Source: Alphaproteobacteria bacterium (GTDB taxonomy: Bacteria > Pseudomonadota > Alphaproteobacteria > Micavibrionales > Micavibrionaceae). Taken from it: 64,000 nt of DNA. The notes under the pieces are model-generated. The model was not told where the DNA came from, made no database searches, and was given only the letters and a program-made list of their open reading frames with translations. Below are positions 47,110 through 54,883 of the stretch, in pieces (position 1 is the first letter of the stretch; the number at the start of each line of letters is the position of its first letter). The stretch spans positions 404,032 through 468,031 of the forward strand of contig CP065008.1 of the NCBI GenBank assembly GCA_016699735.1, written 5' to 3'. The translations under genes were made by a program, and so were the position numbers.

Positions 47110-48105
47110 TTAATCTGTAAAATCAAGCTCAATCTGATCGCCCATTTGCGGAAATGCTCGCTTAAATGATCTCTCAAAATCAATCTTGCTTTTAGATGCG
47201 TTACCAATACCTATCACTTGCCATAGATGTGCTCTGAAGGTATCCAAGCCTAATTCCTGACTCAAATATTGATGTAGCTTATGTTTGCGCCCACCATTAA
47301 CATAAACCGTTGGGGTTTTTTTATCCAACTCTTCTAGTATCGCCCCATTGCTGCCAGCTAACGGAAAATAAATATACTTCCTAATAAATTTTCCAAAAAA
47401 CGCGGGGTGTTGAAATGACTTCGGATTTTCTCGTTTTAAACCGTATATCCTATAAATCATGTCAAAAAACTGATCTGGAAACTCCTTCGCCCATTCTCGA
47501 CACTCATGAGCAATAAAATCACGAAAAAGCTCTCGATATTCTTCTTTCCTCTTATCTGCAATATAGCCAGTAGCCTCATCAATAAGAGCAACTATTCCTA
47601 ATTTAGCTGCAGACCGGATAATAATTTGCGCGTTTCTTGCAAGAAATTTTTGGGAATCTGCCAATTTCCCTTCATTATCCGCCTGAATGATTGTGTCACA
47701 AACCTCAATTAAGGTGGCAGCTTCATATCCATGTGTTAAAATCCCGGATGTGTTTTTGAACTTAATAGGATTATCAATTTTTTCTTGAAGCGGATCAGTT
47801 ATTTTTTGAGAAATGCCCTTTCTTGTCATTGTCCGCAAAAAGGCATTTCCGCCTTGAGATTTCAGCCCAAGAGCATTTGCCATTTCTTTCTTATGAAACA
47901 AGCGCCTCTTATCATTAAGAACATAACAATCAAGTTCCACATCACCAATGTATAGCTCTCCTTGGTAACTTGCTGTGGGCAATACATTGGGGTCAATCTC
48001 TTTTGACCACCTTGCAGTAGCAGCTTGTGTGGCAATCTCTTGACGCTGCTCTGGCGAGAGTTTTTGCGCTCTCGCTTTTCCTCCTAAACTTTGACTGCTT
48101 TGCAA
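47110..48105 (-). CDS. P63C-domain protein
   Basis: N-terminus GGKARAQKLSPEQRQEIATQAATARW, then ASYQGELYIGDVELDCYVLNDKRRLF and the downstream region, fit my recollection of P63C-domain proteins. Confidence 0.6.
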   Translation of the reverse strand: MQSSQSLGGKARAQKLSPEQRQEIATQAATARWSKEIDPNVLPTASYQGELYIGDVELDCYVLNDKRRLFHKKEMANALGLKSQGGNAFLRTMTRKGISQKITDPLQEKIDNPIKFKNTSGILTHGYEAATLIEVCDTIIQADNEGKLADSQKFLARNAQIIIRSAAKLGIVALIDEATGYIADKRKEEYRELFRDFIAHECREWAKEFPDQFFDMIYRIYGLKRENPKSFQHPAFFGKFIRKYIYFPLAGSNGAILEELDKKTPTVYVNGGRKHKLHQYLSQELGLDTFRAHLWQVIGIGNASKSKIDFERSFKRAFPQMGDQIELDFTD

Positions 48106-48121
48106 AATTATATCTCCTAAA

Positions 48122-48200
48122 ATGCTTGCTATAATTACTAATTAATATGCTTGCTGAATAATAGCAAGCATTATTTTAAAAAACACATTTTATGCTTGCT
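48122..48200. promoter_or_regulatory. four copies of the 9-mer ATGCTTGCT (three direct, one inverted) upstream of the P63C operon
   Basis: Direct copies at 48122-48130, 48147-48155 and 48192-48200. Inverted AGCAAGCAT at 48163-48171 forms a perfect 9-bp inverted repeat with the second copy (7-nt spacer). Confidence 0.6.
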
Positions 48201-48279
48201 GCCTTGCTGCTAATATGCAGTTGTATACTCAAATTTGGATTGAAGCATGGGCTTTGGTAAAAGCCTAGTATTATGGAGG

Positions 48280-49545
48280 TTAATCTTCAATAATACTTAC
48301 TGTATGGCTTTTGTGTTTCTGCAATATCTTGCTCTCCCCCATCTCCCCGTACCGCGCCATATCCAGCCGCAGGTTTTGCATACTCCGGTAATAAGCCGTG
48401 CGGTGTTGCTGGATTTTGGATTGCAGGCGCTGGCGTTCTTCAAGCTGACGCAGGATCAGGGCTTGCTTTTCTGCGCGGTCACGTAAAAGGGCATTCTGCG
48501 CTTCGATCTCATTTTCCTTACAGATTTTCTGGTATTTCCCCGTAAAGCGTTGCCACAGGGCAAACAACCCGCGTGGCAGGCGCTCCATTCTGGCCTTGTC
48601 CTCCTCTTGTCTGCGCTTGGTTTGCTCGTTATCCAGCGTTTGCCGTGCGGCGCGGTGATGGTCGCGCATGGTTTGGGCGGCGTGTTTGATCGGCTTGAAG
48701 TCTTTTTCTTTCTTGCGCTTGATTTCCGTGATGTAAGTTTGAAGCTTCTCGCTCATGCCCTGCGCGATTTCGGTTCTGACCTCTTGCAGCGATGGCAAAG
48801 TTTCCGCATTCCCCAGCCGTTCTTGCAAAATCCTCGGCTTTACCCCTGCCCAGCGGGAGAGAGAATAGATTTCACCTTTGTAATCCACGGCGACAAAGCC
48901 CCGCCGCTCCCCCCGTGCCAGCCAAAATCCATGCTCTTTCAGGGCATGGGTGAAGGCCTTTGCGCTGTCAGAGGATTCCCATGCCCGTATAAACAGAGCT
49001 TTCAAAAGGCGCGGGTCTTCATCTGTCCGTTTGGCCTGTTGCCATTCCTCCCGCGTGAAGTTGAGCGGGTTCCGATAGGCTTTATCAATAAACCCTTGCG
49101 GAATCTCCCAGCCGTGATTCAGATACAGTTCTTTTGAAAGCTCATTAAGTTTACGTTTATAGTGCGGCAGGTTAATCGCTGTCATGGTCTGCGGATCAAT
49201 CCTTGACCAGACACAGTGCGCGTGTCTGCGCCCTTGCTTTTCATGGAAGACAATTACACGCGGCTGACCCTTCAGGCCCAACCTGTCTCCCATATCTGAA
49301 ATCGCCTGTTCAAAGACCTCTACGGGAACGTCTGCTTTGTGCGGCGGGTTCAGGGACACCGAAAACATATATTGCCTGCACTTTGTCCCATAAGCCGAGG
49401 CTTTAATCTCCTGAAACGCACCCTGCACGGTATCAGAGACAAAGCCCGAGATTTCATGGACTTCAACATGGTCATTGTCCTGTGTGTTCAGGAGGTGGCG
49501 GGCCAGATGTCCTGCGCCACTGCGCTGATTGCCCTCAAGGATCAT
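48280..49545 (-). CDS. relaxase/mobilization nuclease (MobA/VirD2 superfamily, MOBQ-like)
   Basis: N-terminus MILEGNQRSGAGHLARHLLN...HVEVHEISGF and histidine cluster RRHAHCVWSRI. Confidence 0.85.
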   Translation of the reverse strand: MILEGNQRSGAGHLARHLLNTQDNDHVEVHEISGFVSDTVQGAFQEIKASAYGTKCRQYMFSVSLNPPHKADVPVEVFEQAISDMGDRLGLKGQPRVIVFHEKQGRRHAHCVWSRIDPQTMTAINLPHYKRKLNELSKELYLNHGWEIPQGFIDKAYRNPLNFTREEWQQAKRTDEDPRLLKALFIRAWESSDSAKAFTHALKEHGFWLARGERRGFVAVDYKGEIYSLSRWAGVKPRILQERLGNAETLPSLQEVRTEIAQGMSEKLQTYITEIKRKKEKDFKPIKHAAQTMRDHHRAARQTLDNEQTKRRQEEDKARMERLPRGLFALWQRFTGKYQKICKENEIEAQNALLRDRAEKQALILRQLEERQRLQSKIQQHRTAYYRSMQNLRLDMARYGEMGESKILQKHKSHTVSIIED

Positions 49546-49922
49546 GAGCGGCCTCCGCTTGAAAGCCCCAAGGCCTGTATCAAAAGATCACGCATCTGGA
49601 GTATGGCTGTGCAGGCTTCCTTTATCATCTCTTCAGTTTCCACCGAGACAATCAGGGAGCCTGTATTCAGGCCTCTGGCAATCTGGTTCAAATTGCTGGC
49701 CATTCGGGACGCTCCCAGCAGGGCGAGTATCTGCGCCAAGGGTTTATGATCTTTGATCGGGGCTTTGAGGCGGTGCTTTCTGGGGCAAGGAACCAAAAGC
49801 ATGGTTTGGCGGATAAAATCACTCAGCGTTAAAGAACCAGCTTTCTGGGCAATCTGCGCCCGTTCTTCCTCAGTGAGGCGCAGAGAAATCGTGCAGCGGC
49901 GATGTCTGTTGTTCTGTGGCAT
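49542..49922 (-). CDS. mobC: MobC-family relaxosome accessory protein
   Basis: RCTISLRLTEEERAQIAQKAG (ribbon-helix-helix-like) and ASNLNQIARGLN motif. 4-nt overlap with the relaxase. Confidence 0.8.
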   Translation of the reverse strand: MPQNNRHRRCTISLRLTEEERAQIAQKAGSLTLSDFIRQTMLLVPCPRKHRLKAPIKDHKPLAQILALLGASRMASNLNQIARGLNTGSLIVSVETEEMIKEACTAILQMRDLLIQALGLSSGGRS

Positions 49923-50148
49923 GGGTTTTACGTCCTTGCGATCAAGAACAGGATAGCGTCACCGCGCCAGAAAGCTGGGCGGGGAACGATCATCCTGTAG
50001 TGATTGGGAAAATAAAAAGCCGGACCTAGGGGCAGGTCTGGCGCAGAAGATTCATAAAAAGTTACGGTTCGAAGGTTTATGAAGGTCCAGAACAAACTTC
50101 AGGAAAACCCTTGAAAACCTTCTCCCATTCCTCTAAAAGCGAGAAAAT

Positions 50149-50183
50149 CTGGTTCGTCAGGTGGGGGGCGATGTCCACCAACT
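50149..50183 (+). repeat. degenerate third copy of the tRNA-Ala 3' end (candidate distal att of island 2)
   Basis: GGTTCG...CGATGTCCACCAACTTA. The 13-mer GTCCACCAACTTA is identical to 16295-16307 and the GGTTCG head is shared. The middle has diverged. Confidence 0.35.
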
Positions 50184-50233
50184 TATTCCTTTTCCTTTTA
50201 TTATTGTCGGAACGCCCGGAGCTCGCCGAAATC

Positions 50234-52042
50234 TCACTTAATTCCGGGCGGCTTATCCTGAGGCGCGGTAGCGGCCGGTGCCGCAGCCGCCGGAGCGGCA
50301 TCCGGTTTCGGCGCCATCTCTGCGGTCAGCCTTTGGCTGTACTGCATCATCTGGTCCATCAACCCGCCCTGATTGTATCCGTAAACGGTCATGCTGGCAC
50401 TTTGCATAGTGGAATCCTGACCGCTGATCAGACGCACGCGCCAAGTATCGTCTGTGCGCTGGGTTTCGCCGAAATGCTGCTCCTGCCGGGCCCAGCCGCT
50501 AAAATTCGAACCCTCGCCTCCAGCGTTCTGGATCGAAAGCGCATAGGGGTTTTGCCCCGGCGGTATCACCGCAGCCAGGTTGGGCACCCGGCCGTCAACA
50601 CGGTAATCCAGATCGAAGCGCATCCGGTCGATGACCATAGCTTGCCCTTCCGGCAGAGGGGTGCGAAAAAGCATCGCACTGTCCCCCGTCTGGCCGGGGG
50701 CAAGCGTTGCGAGACTCGTCGCGGTCACGGAAGTCCTGTCGATATTCGGATTGGTCTCGATGCGCTTATAGGCCTCGTTCAGGAGTTTCCTGAAAACATC
50801 AGGCCGGAACACCCCGTGCCCGCCCCCTTCGACGAAGGTTTGCCCCGCTGTATTCGTGCGGGACGGCATCGGTTCCGTACGCCCCTCGCGGGTTTGCGTA
50901 TCCACGGTCGCCATCTTGGCCAATGTCGTGATTTCATCCTTGGTCAGGATAGGTCGGTTCCGATCCTCCCGACGCGTTTGTTCGTACAAGGCGCCTGAGA
51001 TATATCCGGCCACCTCCGGTGCGGAAAAAGACGTGCCGTCCATTCCTGTGACAGACCCCTTGCGGTCGATCGTCTGGCTCTGTCGGAACTCCGCCATGAT
51101 CTGCGAATGAAGAGTCTCCGGCCTGGCCATATAGCCCTGAACCTGCGCGTTGATTTTTGCACGGTACGCCTCGGCTTTTTCATATTCGACCTGCTTCTCC
51201 TGACGGATTTTATTATAGGCATCCGTAAGACCGGATTCATCCAGTCCTTTGGCTGGGTCTGACTGTTTAAATTGCTCGAAAGCCTGCTCGATATCCTTGT
51301 CGCGGTCCGCCTCGGTCATCTCATATTGACGATGCATGGAATCACTGAGTTTTACATAGGCATTAGAAAGGCCGATCTCATCAAGCCCCTTGGCCGGGTC
51401 GGTGGTCTTGAACTGCTCAAAAGCTTGATCGATCTCCTTGTTGATGATCCATTTGCTGATCAGACCCTCATGCCCGGTCAGTGAGGGGCTGACATTGTAA
51501 AACTGATACTTCTGCCCCCGGTTGAACGGGCTGTCGGCAGTCAGAGTTGGATTAATTCGGCTGCTGTGCTCTTCGACAAAAGGCTTCCCGCGGCCCATGT
51601 TGGCTTCGCCCACCACCAGGCTGTTGCGGGCGAAATCGGAGACTCTGGGTAAACCCGTCTGAGGGGTCAAACCTTCGTTCCCGGCGGCTTCGACAAAGAC
51701 AGGCATATCGCGCTCTGCGAACGCCTGTTCGTATGCTCTCGCAGTTTGCTGGTTCGCAACGCCGCTGCTATTGGTAACGGCTCCCAGTTCGACTCCGGAA
51801 CTGACCGAAACGACATCGTATTGCTGCAGACGACCGAGCGTACCCTGCAGATTATCAGGCACGATAGGACTCTCTCGCACAAGATCGACAGTCAGCCGTT
51901 TGTTGCCCGTAAAAGTCCTGAGGGCATCCTGATGGATATCCCGCGCAACCTCGGCATGACGTGTGTAAAGCCCGTAAAGGCTCGTCACCTTTGTGCTTTC
52001 AAAATGTGCAAATCTCGGTTGGTTTGGCTCCGGCACACTCAC
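50234..52042 (-). CDS. divergent subtilase (S8)-like protein with inserted internal repeat
   Basis: GMDGTSFSAPEVAGY is a Ser-motif GTSxSxP context and VEAAGNEG is Asn-box-like. Canonical Asp and His boxes were not recognised. Tandem motif (D/E)QAFEQFKxxDPAKGLDExGLxxAY occurs twice. Confidence 0.5.
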   Translation of the reverse strand: MSVPEPNQPRFAHFESTKVTSLYGLYTRHAEVARDIHQDALRTFTGNKRLTVDLVRESPIVPDNLQGTLGRLQQYDVVSVSSGVELGAVTNSSGVANQQTARAYEQAFAERDMPVFVEAAGNEGLTPQTGLPRVSDFARNSLVVGEANMGRGKPFVEEHSSRINPTLTADSPFNRGQKYQFYNVSPSLTGHEGLISKWIINKEIDQAFEQFKTTDPAKGLDEIGLSNAYVKLSDSMHRQYEMTEADRDKDIEQAFEQFKQSDPAKGLDESGLTDAYNKIRQEKQVEYEKAEAYRAKINAQVQGYMARPETLHSQIMAEFRQSQTIDRKGSVTGMDGTSFSAPEVAGYISGALYEQTRREDRNRPILTKDEITTLAKMATVDTQTREGRTEPMPSRTNTAGQTFVEGGGHGVFRPDVFRKLLNEAYKRIETNPNIDRTSVTATSLATLAPGQTGDSAMLFRTPLPEGQAMVIDRMRFDLDYRVDGRVPNLAAVIPPGQNPYALSIQNAGGEGSNFSGWARQEQHFGETQRTDDTWRVRLISGQDSTMQSASMTVYGYNQGGLMDQMMQYSQRLTAEMAPKPDAAPAAAAPAATAPQDKPPGIK

Positions 52043-52183
52043 ACCCGTACATTATTCAGTATTTTTTTCTTCTATAACACTACCATAACCGGGGTGCAAA
52101 AAGGAAATTTTACGGGATCAAGGTACAGGGCAAGAATAACGGGAGTAAATTTCCCTATTTATTGAGTATTATTTCACAAATAT

Positions 52184-52236
52184 TCCTTGCTTTTTCATAG
52201 ACTTATCAAGTATACCCTCCCGCTATGAAACAAGCG
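52184..52236 (+). repeat. left copy of a 53-bp imperfect direct repeat (duplicate of the rimO 5' region)
   Basis: 48 of 53 positions are identical to 52916-52968 by hand alignment. Includes ATGAAACAAGCG. Confidence 0.8.
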
Positions 52237-52238
52237 GT

Positions 52239-52838
52239 CTATACTTCCCTCTTCGGCGGTTTGGGTTTGTTTCTATCTTTAAATTTCCTTAGAAACGCCT
52301 GAACATCCTCTACGGATTTTCCTTCGATAGAAAAAACAGGCTCTCCCGGCTCAGGGGCAAGCTGCCAGAGCGAAGTTCCGGGGTAAAATGAATCAATCCC
52401 TATATCTTCGTTATCGGTCTGGATGAGGGTCAGTACGCGCTGATCAAACAGTATACTGACTCTGGAAAACTCTACCATCTCGACCAGGAAATGGTACACA
52501 AGACCCAGATTAGGGGGGATAAGCCTTTCGAAATTCTCAAAAGAGAAAACAACGCCTCCACTCGGAACAGCAAAAAAATTCAGCGCAACGCCGAGATCAT
52601 GCAGATGACTGTCTATGATACGACCGAGGGAATCCTCCAGATGCTCTGTGAAAGCGCCCCAAGTCGTGCAGTCAAGACGGATAATCTTGTATCCGTAGCC
52701 CTTAAGCTGCTCTAGATGTTCATTAAAATAGTCATGCTTTCGGTAAAACTGGAGACCGCCCTCCATGAAAAGTCTTAAATCCAGCCGATCGCCGTCTTTT
52801 TTTGAAAAAGCCATAAGTTCCTCCGCGAGAAACTTCAT
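52239..52838 (-). CDS. hypothetical protein (199 aa), sole gene between the 53-bp repeats
   Basis: Clean ORF. Weak resemblance of IIRLDCTTWGAFTEHLEDSLG...FSFENFERL to barstar-like immunity folds (low confidence). Confidence 0.5.
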   Translation of the reverse strand: MKFLAEELMAFSKKDGDRLDLRLFMEGGLQFYRKHDYFNEHLEQLKGYGYKIIRLDCTTWGAFTEHLEDSLGRIIDSHLHDLGVALNFFAVPSGGVVFSFENFERLIPPNLGLVYHFLVEMVEFSRVSILFDQRVLTLIQTDNEDIGIDSFYPGTSLWQLAPEPGEPVFSIEGKSVEDVQAFLRKFKDRNKPKPPKREV

Positions 52839-52915
52839 TTATAATAAACACAAAAAATATGTCAAATATCTGATGGGGAATAACGAGAACTGACAGTTTA
52901 TTTCATAAGAGAGAC

Positions 52916-52968
52916 TCCTTGCCTGTTCACAGACTTATCAAGTATAACCCCCCGCTATGAAACAAGCG
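52916..52968 (+). repeat. right copy of the 53-bp direct repeat, containing the genuine rimO start
   Basis: See 52184-52236. The ATG at 52957 opens rimO. Confidence 0.8.
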
Positions 52969-54318
52969 CAGAAAACCCCAATCGTCGGCATGGTCAGCCT
53001 CGGATGCCCCAAGGCTCTGGTCGATTCCGAGCGGATTCTGACCAAGCTGCGCGCCGACGGGTATGACTTCACGAACTCCTACGAAGGCGCGGACGTGGTG
53101 GTCGTCAACACCTGCGGCTTTATCGACAGCGCCAAGGAGGAAAGCCTGAACGCCATCGGCGAGGCTTTGGACGCCAATGGTCGCGTCATCGTCACGGGCT
53201 GCATGGGCGCCGAAGCCGAAACCATCACCGAGCGTTACCCGAAACTTCTGGCCATCACCGGCCCGCATCAGTACGAACAGGTCGTGGACGCCGTAAAAAA
53301 GGCCCAGCCGATCGCGCACGACCCCTTCGTCCATCTCGTGCCGGAGGAGGGGCTGAAGCTCACCCCCAAACATTACTCCTACCTCAAAATCTCCGAGGGC
53401 TGTAACAACCGCTGCTCGTTTTGCATCATCCCCGCCCTGCGTGGCGATCTGGTCAGCCGCCCGATCCACCGTGTCCTTCATGAAGCCGAACAGCTGTTAA
53501 AAGCCGGCACGAAAGAAATTCTGGTGATCTCGCAGGACACCAGCGCCTACGGCATCGATCTGAAATATGCCGAAAGCCCGTGGCGCGGGCAGCGCATAAA
53601 AACCAAATTCTACGATCTCTGCCAAGCGCTCGGGACGCTGGCCAGGGAATACGGCGCCTGGGTGCGCCTCCACTACGTTTACCCTTACCCCCATGTCGAT
53701 GACGTCATCCCCCTGATGGCCGAAGGCCTGATCCTGCCCTACCTCGACATCCCCTTCCAGCACGCCAGCCCGGCGGTGCTGAAGGCCATGAAGCGCCCCG
53801 CGGCGCAGGAAAAAACGCTCCACCGTATCCGCAAATGGCGGGAAATTTGCCCTGACCTCGTCCTGCGCTCGACCTTCATCGTCGGGTTCCCCGGCGAGAC
53901 GGAGGAGGATTTTGAAATCCTTCTTAACTGGCTGGAGGACGCGCAGATCGACCGCGCCGGCGCCTTCAAATACGAAGCCGTGGACGGCGCAAAGGCGAAC
54001 GAAATCGCCGAACATATCCCCGAAGATGAAAAGCAGGAACGCTGGGAACGCTTCATGACCCTCCAGACCGAAATCGCCGCCGCGAAGGCCCGACAGAAAA
54101 TCGGTCAAGTTCTGGAGGTCATCATCGACGAAATCGGCGAACCGGACGAAGACGGCGCGATAGGCGCAGACGGCCGCTCAAAGGGCGACGCGCCGGAAAT
54201 CGACGGCACCGTCTTCATCCGCGATCTGCCTGCAGGCATAAATAAGGGCGATATCGTCAACGTTCTGATTGAGGATGCCGAGGACTACGACCTTTTCGGC
54301 ATCGTGCAGAAGCGGTGA
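52957..54318 (+). CDS. rimO: ribosomal protein S12 methylthiotransferase RimO (radical SAM)
   Basis: [13 protein letters not shown] in the N-terminal UPF0004 domain, radical-SAM CNNRCSFC, and a C-terminal TRAM-like region. Confidence 0.9.
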   Translation: MKQAQKTPIVGMVSLGCPKALVDSERILTKLRADGYDFTNSYEGADVVVVNTCGFIDSAKEESLNAIGEALDANGRVIVTGCMGAEAETITERYPKLLAITGPHQYEQVVDAVKKAQPIAHDPFVHLVPEEGLKLTPKHYSYLKISEGCNNRCSFCIIPALRGDLVSRPIHRVLHEAEQLLKAGTKEILVISQDTSAYGIDLKYAESPWRGQRIKTKFYDLCQALGTLAREYGAWVRLHYVYPYPHVDDVIPLMAEGLILPYLDIPFQHASPAVLKAMKRPAAQEKTLHRIRKWREICPDLVLRSTFIVGFPGETEEDFEILLNWLEDAQIDRAGAFKYEAVDGAKANEIAEHIPEDEKQERWERFMTLQTEIAAAKARQKIGQVLEVIIDEIGEPDEDGAIGADGRSKGDAPEIDGTVFIRDLPAGINKGDIVNVLIEDAEDYDLFGIVQKR

Positions 54319-54472
54319 TTAAAAAACACCACCTACATAAGTAATTGTAATATAATAATAAATTTATGCGTTACAAAATCAAGTTTTCTTGCCATTCGCA
54401 TTTTTAGTATGTCATAATAGCGCAACCGGCTAACCTAAAAATTTCGGTAACGCATAATAAAAGGGGAAAATC

Positions 54473-54868
54473 ATGGGGGCTCGTAAACTCGACGAGACAG
54501 GCGGGGAACTGTCCATGCGCTTTGGAGGCGTTTCCGAAGGCACAATTTATATCGATGCAACACTCCAACAAAGACAGGAACTCGCGCAGTTTCTGCAGCA
54601 AAGCATCGACACAAAACAGATTGACACAAGTAACGCCGCAGGAGCGCCTGAATATTACGCGGTTCTTAAGGAAAAAATTTTAAGCCAGACCGATGAAACC
54701 AAACCGCTCTTGCTAACCCCGCAGGAGTTTCTGGGGCTCACGACTCTGGCCAACGCCTGGTCCTACGGTTTTCGTATGGGTGGAGATGAAGTCGAATATG
54801 ACGTCTCCCCGGATATGGTTGAAAACTTGAGGCAAATATCGGCCGACTATCTGGATCGTGCCCCCTAA
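54473..54868 (+). CDS. hypothetical protein (131 aa)
   Basis: ORF 15 nt upstream of the 844-aa gene on the same strand. Confidence 0.4.
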   Translation: MGARKLDETGGELSMRFGGVSEGTIYIDATLQQRQELAQFLQQSIDTKQIDTSNAAGAPEYYAVLKEKILSQTDETKPLLLTPQEFLGLTTLANAWSYGFRMGGDEVEYDVSPDMVENLRQISADYLDRAP

Positions 54869-54883
54869 CGGAGTGAGGGCGGG

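Larger units (their letters stand above)
34322..50183. mobile_element. island 2: putative integrative mobilizable element (serine recombinase, MobC/relaxase, defence cargo)
   Basis: Left edge at the tRNA-derived repeat. Right edge proposed at a degenerate third repeat (50149-50183), where composition returns to GC-rich by eye. Confidence 0.5.

Noticed and set aside
49923-50148. Candidate oriT inverted repeats upstream of mobC (ACAGGAT 49948-49954 / ATCCTGT 49992-49998; CCGGACC...GGTCTGG about 50020-50041)
   Set aside because: The stems are only 7 bp, one with a G:T pair, and I could not recognise a nick-site consensus. That is not enough to annotate an oriT, although the region remains the expected location.
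50111-50998. 295-aa plus-strand ORF overlapping the S8-like gene, and 52927-53481 / 53497-54108 minus-strand ORFs over rimO
   Set aside because: These are shadow ORFs, and the opposite strands carry recognisable motifs (GTSFSAP in the S8-like gene; radical-SAM CxxxCxxC in rimO).
52199-52276. 25-codon ORF opened by the duplicated rimO start codon (MKQAVYTSLFGGLGLFLSLNFLRNA)
   Set aside because: It is most likely a by-product of the duplication. It overlaps the 3' end of the 199-aa gene on the opposite strand, and there is no evidence that it is a gene.
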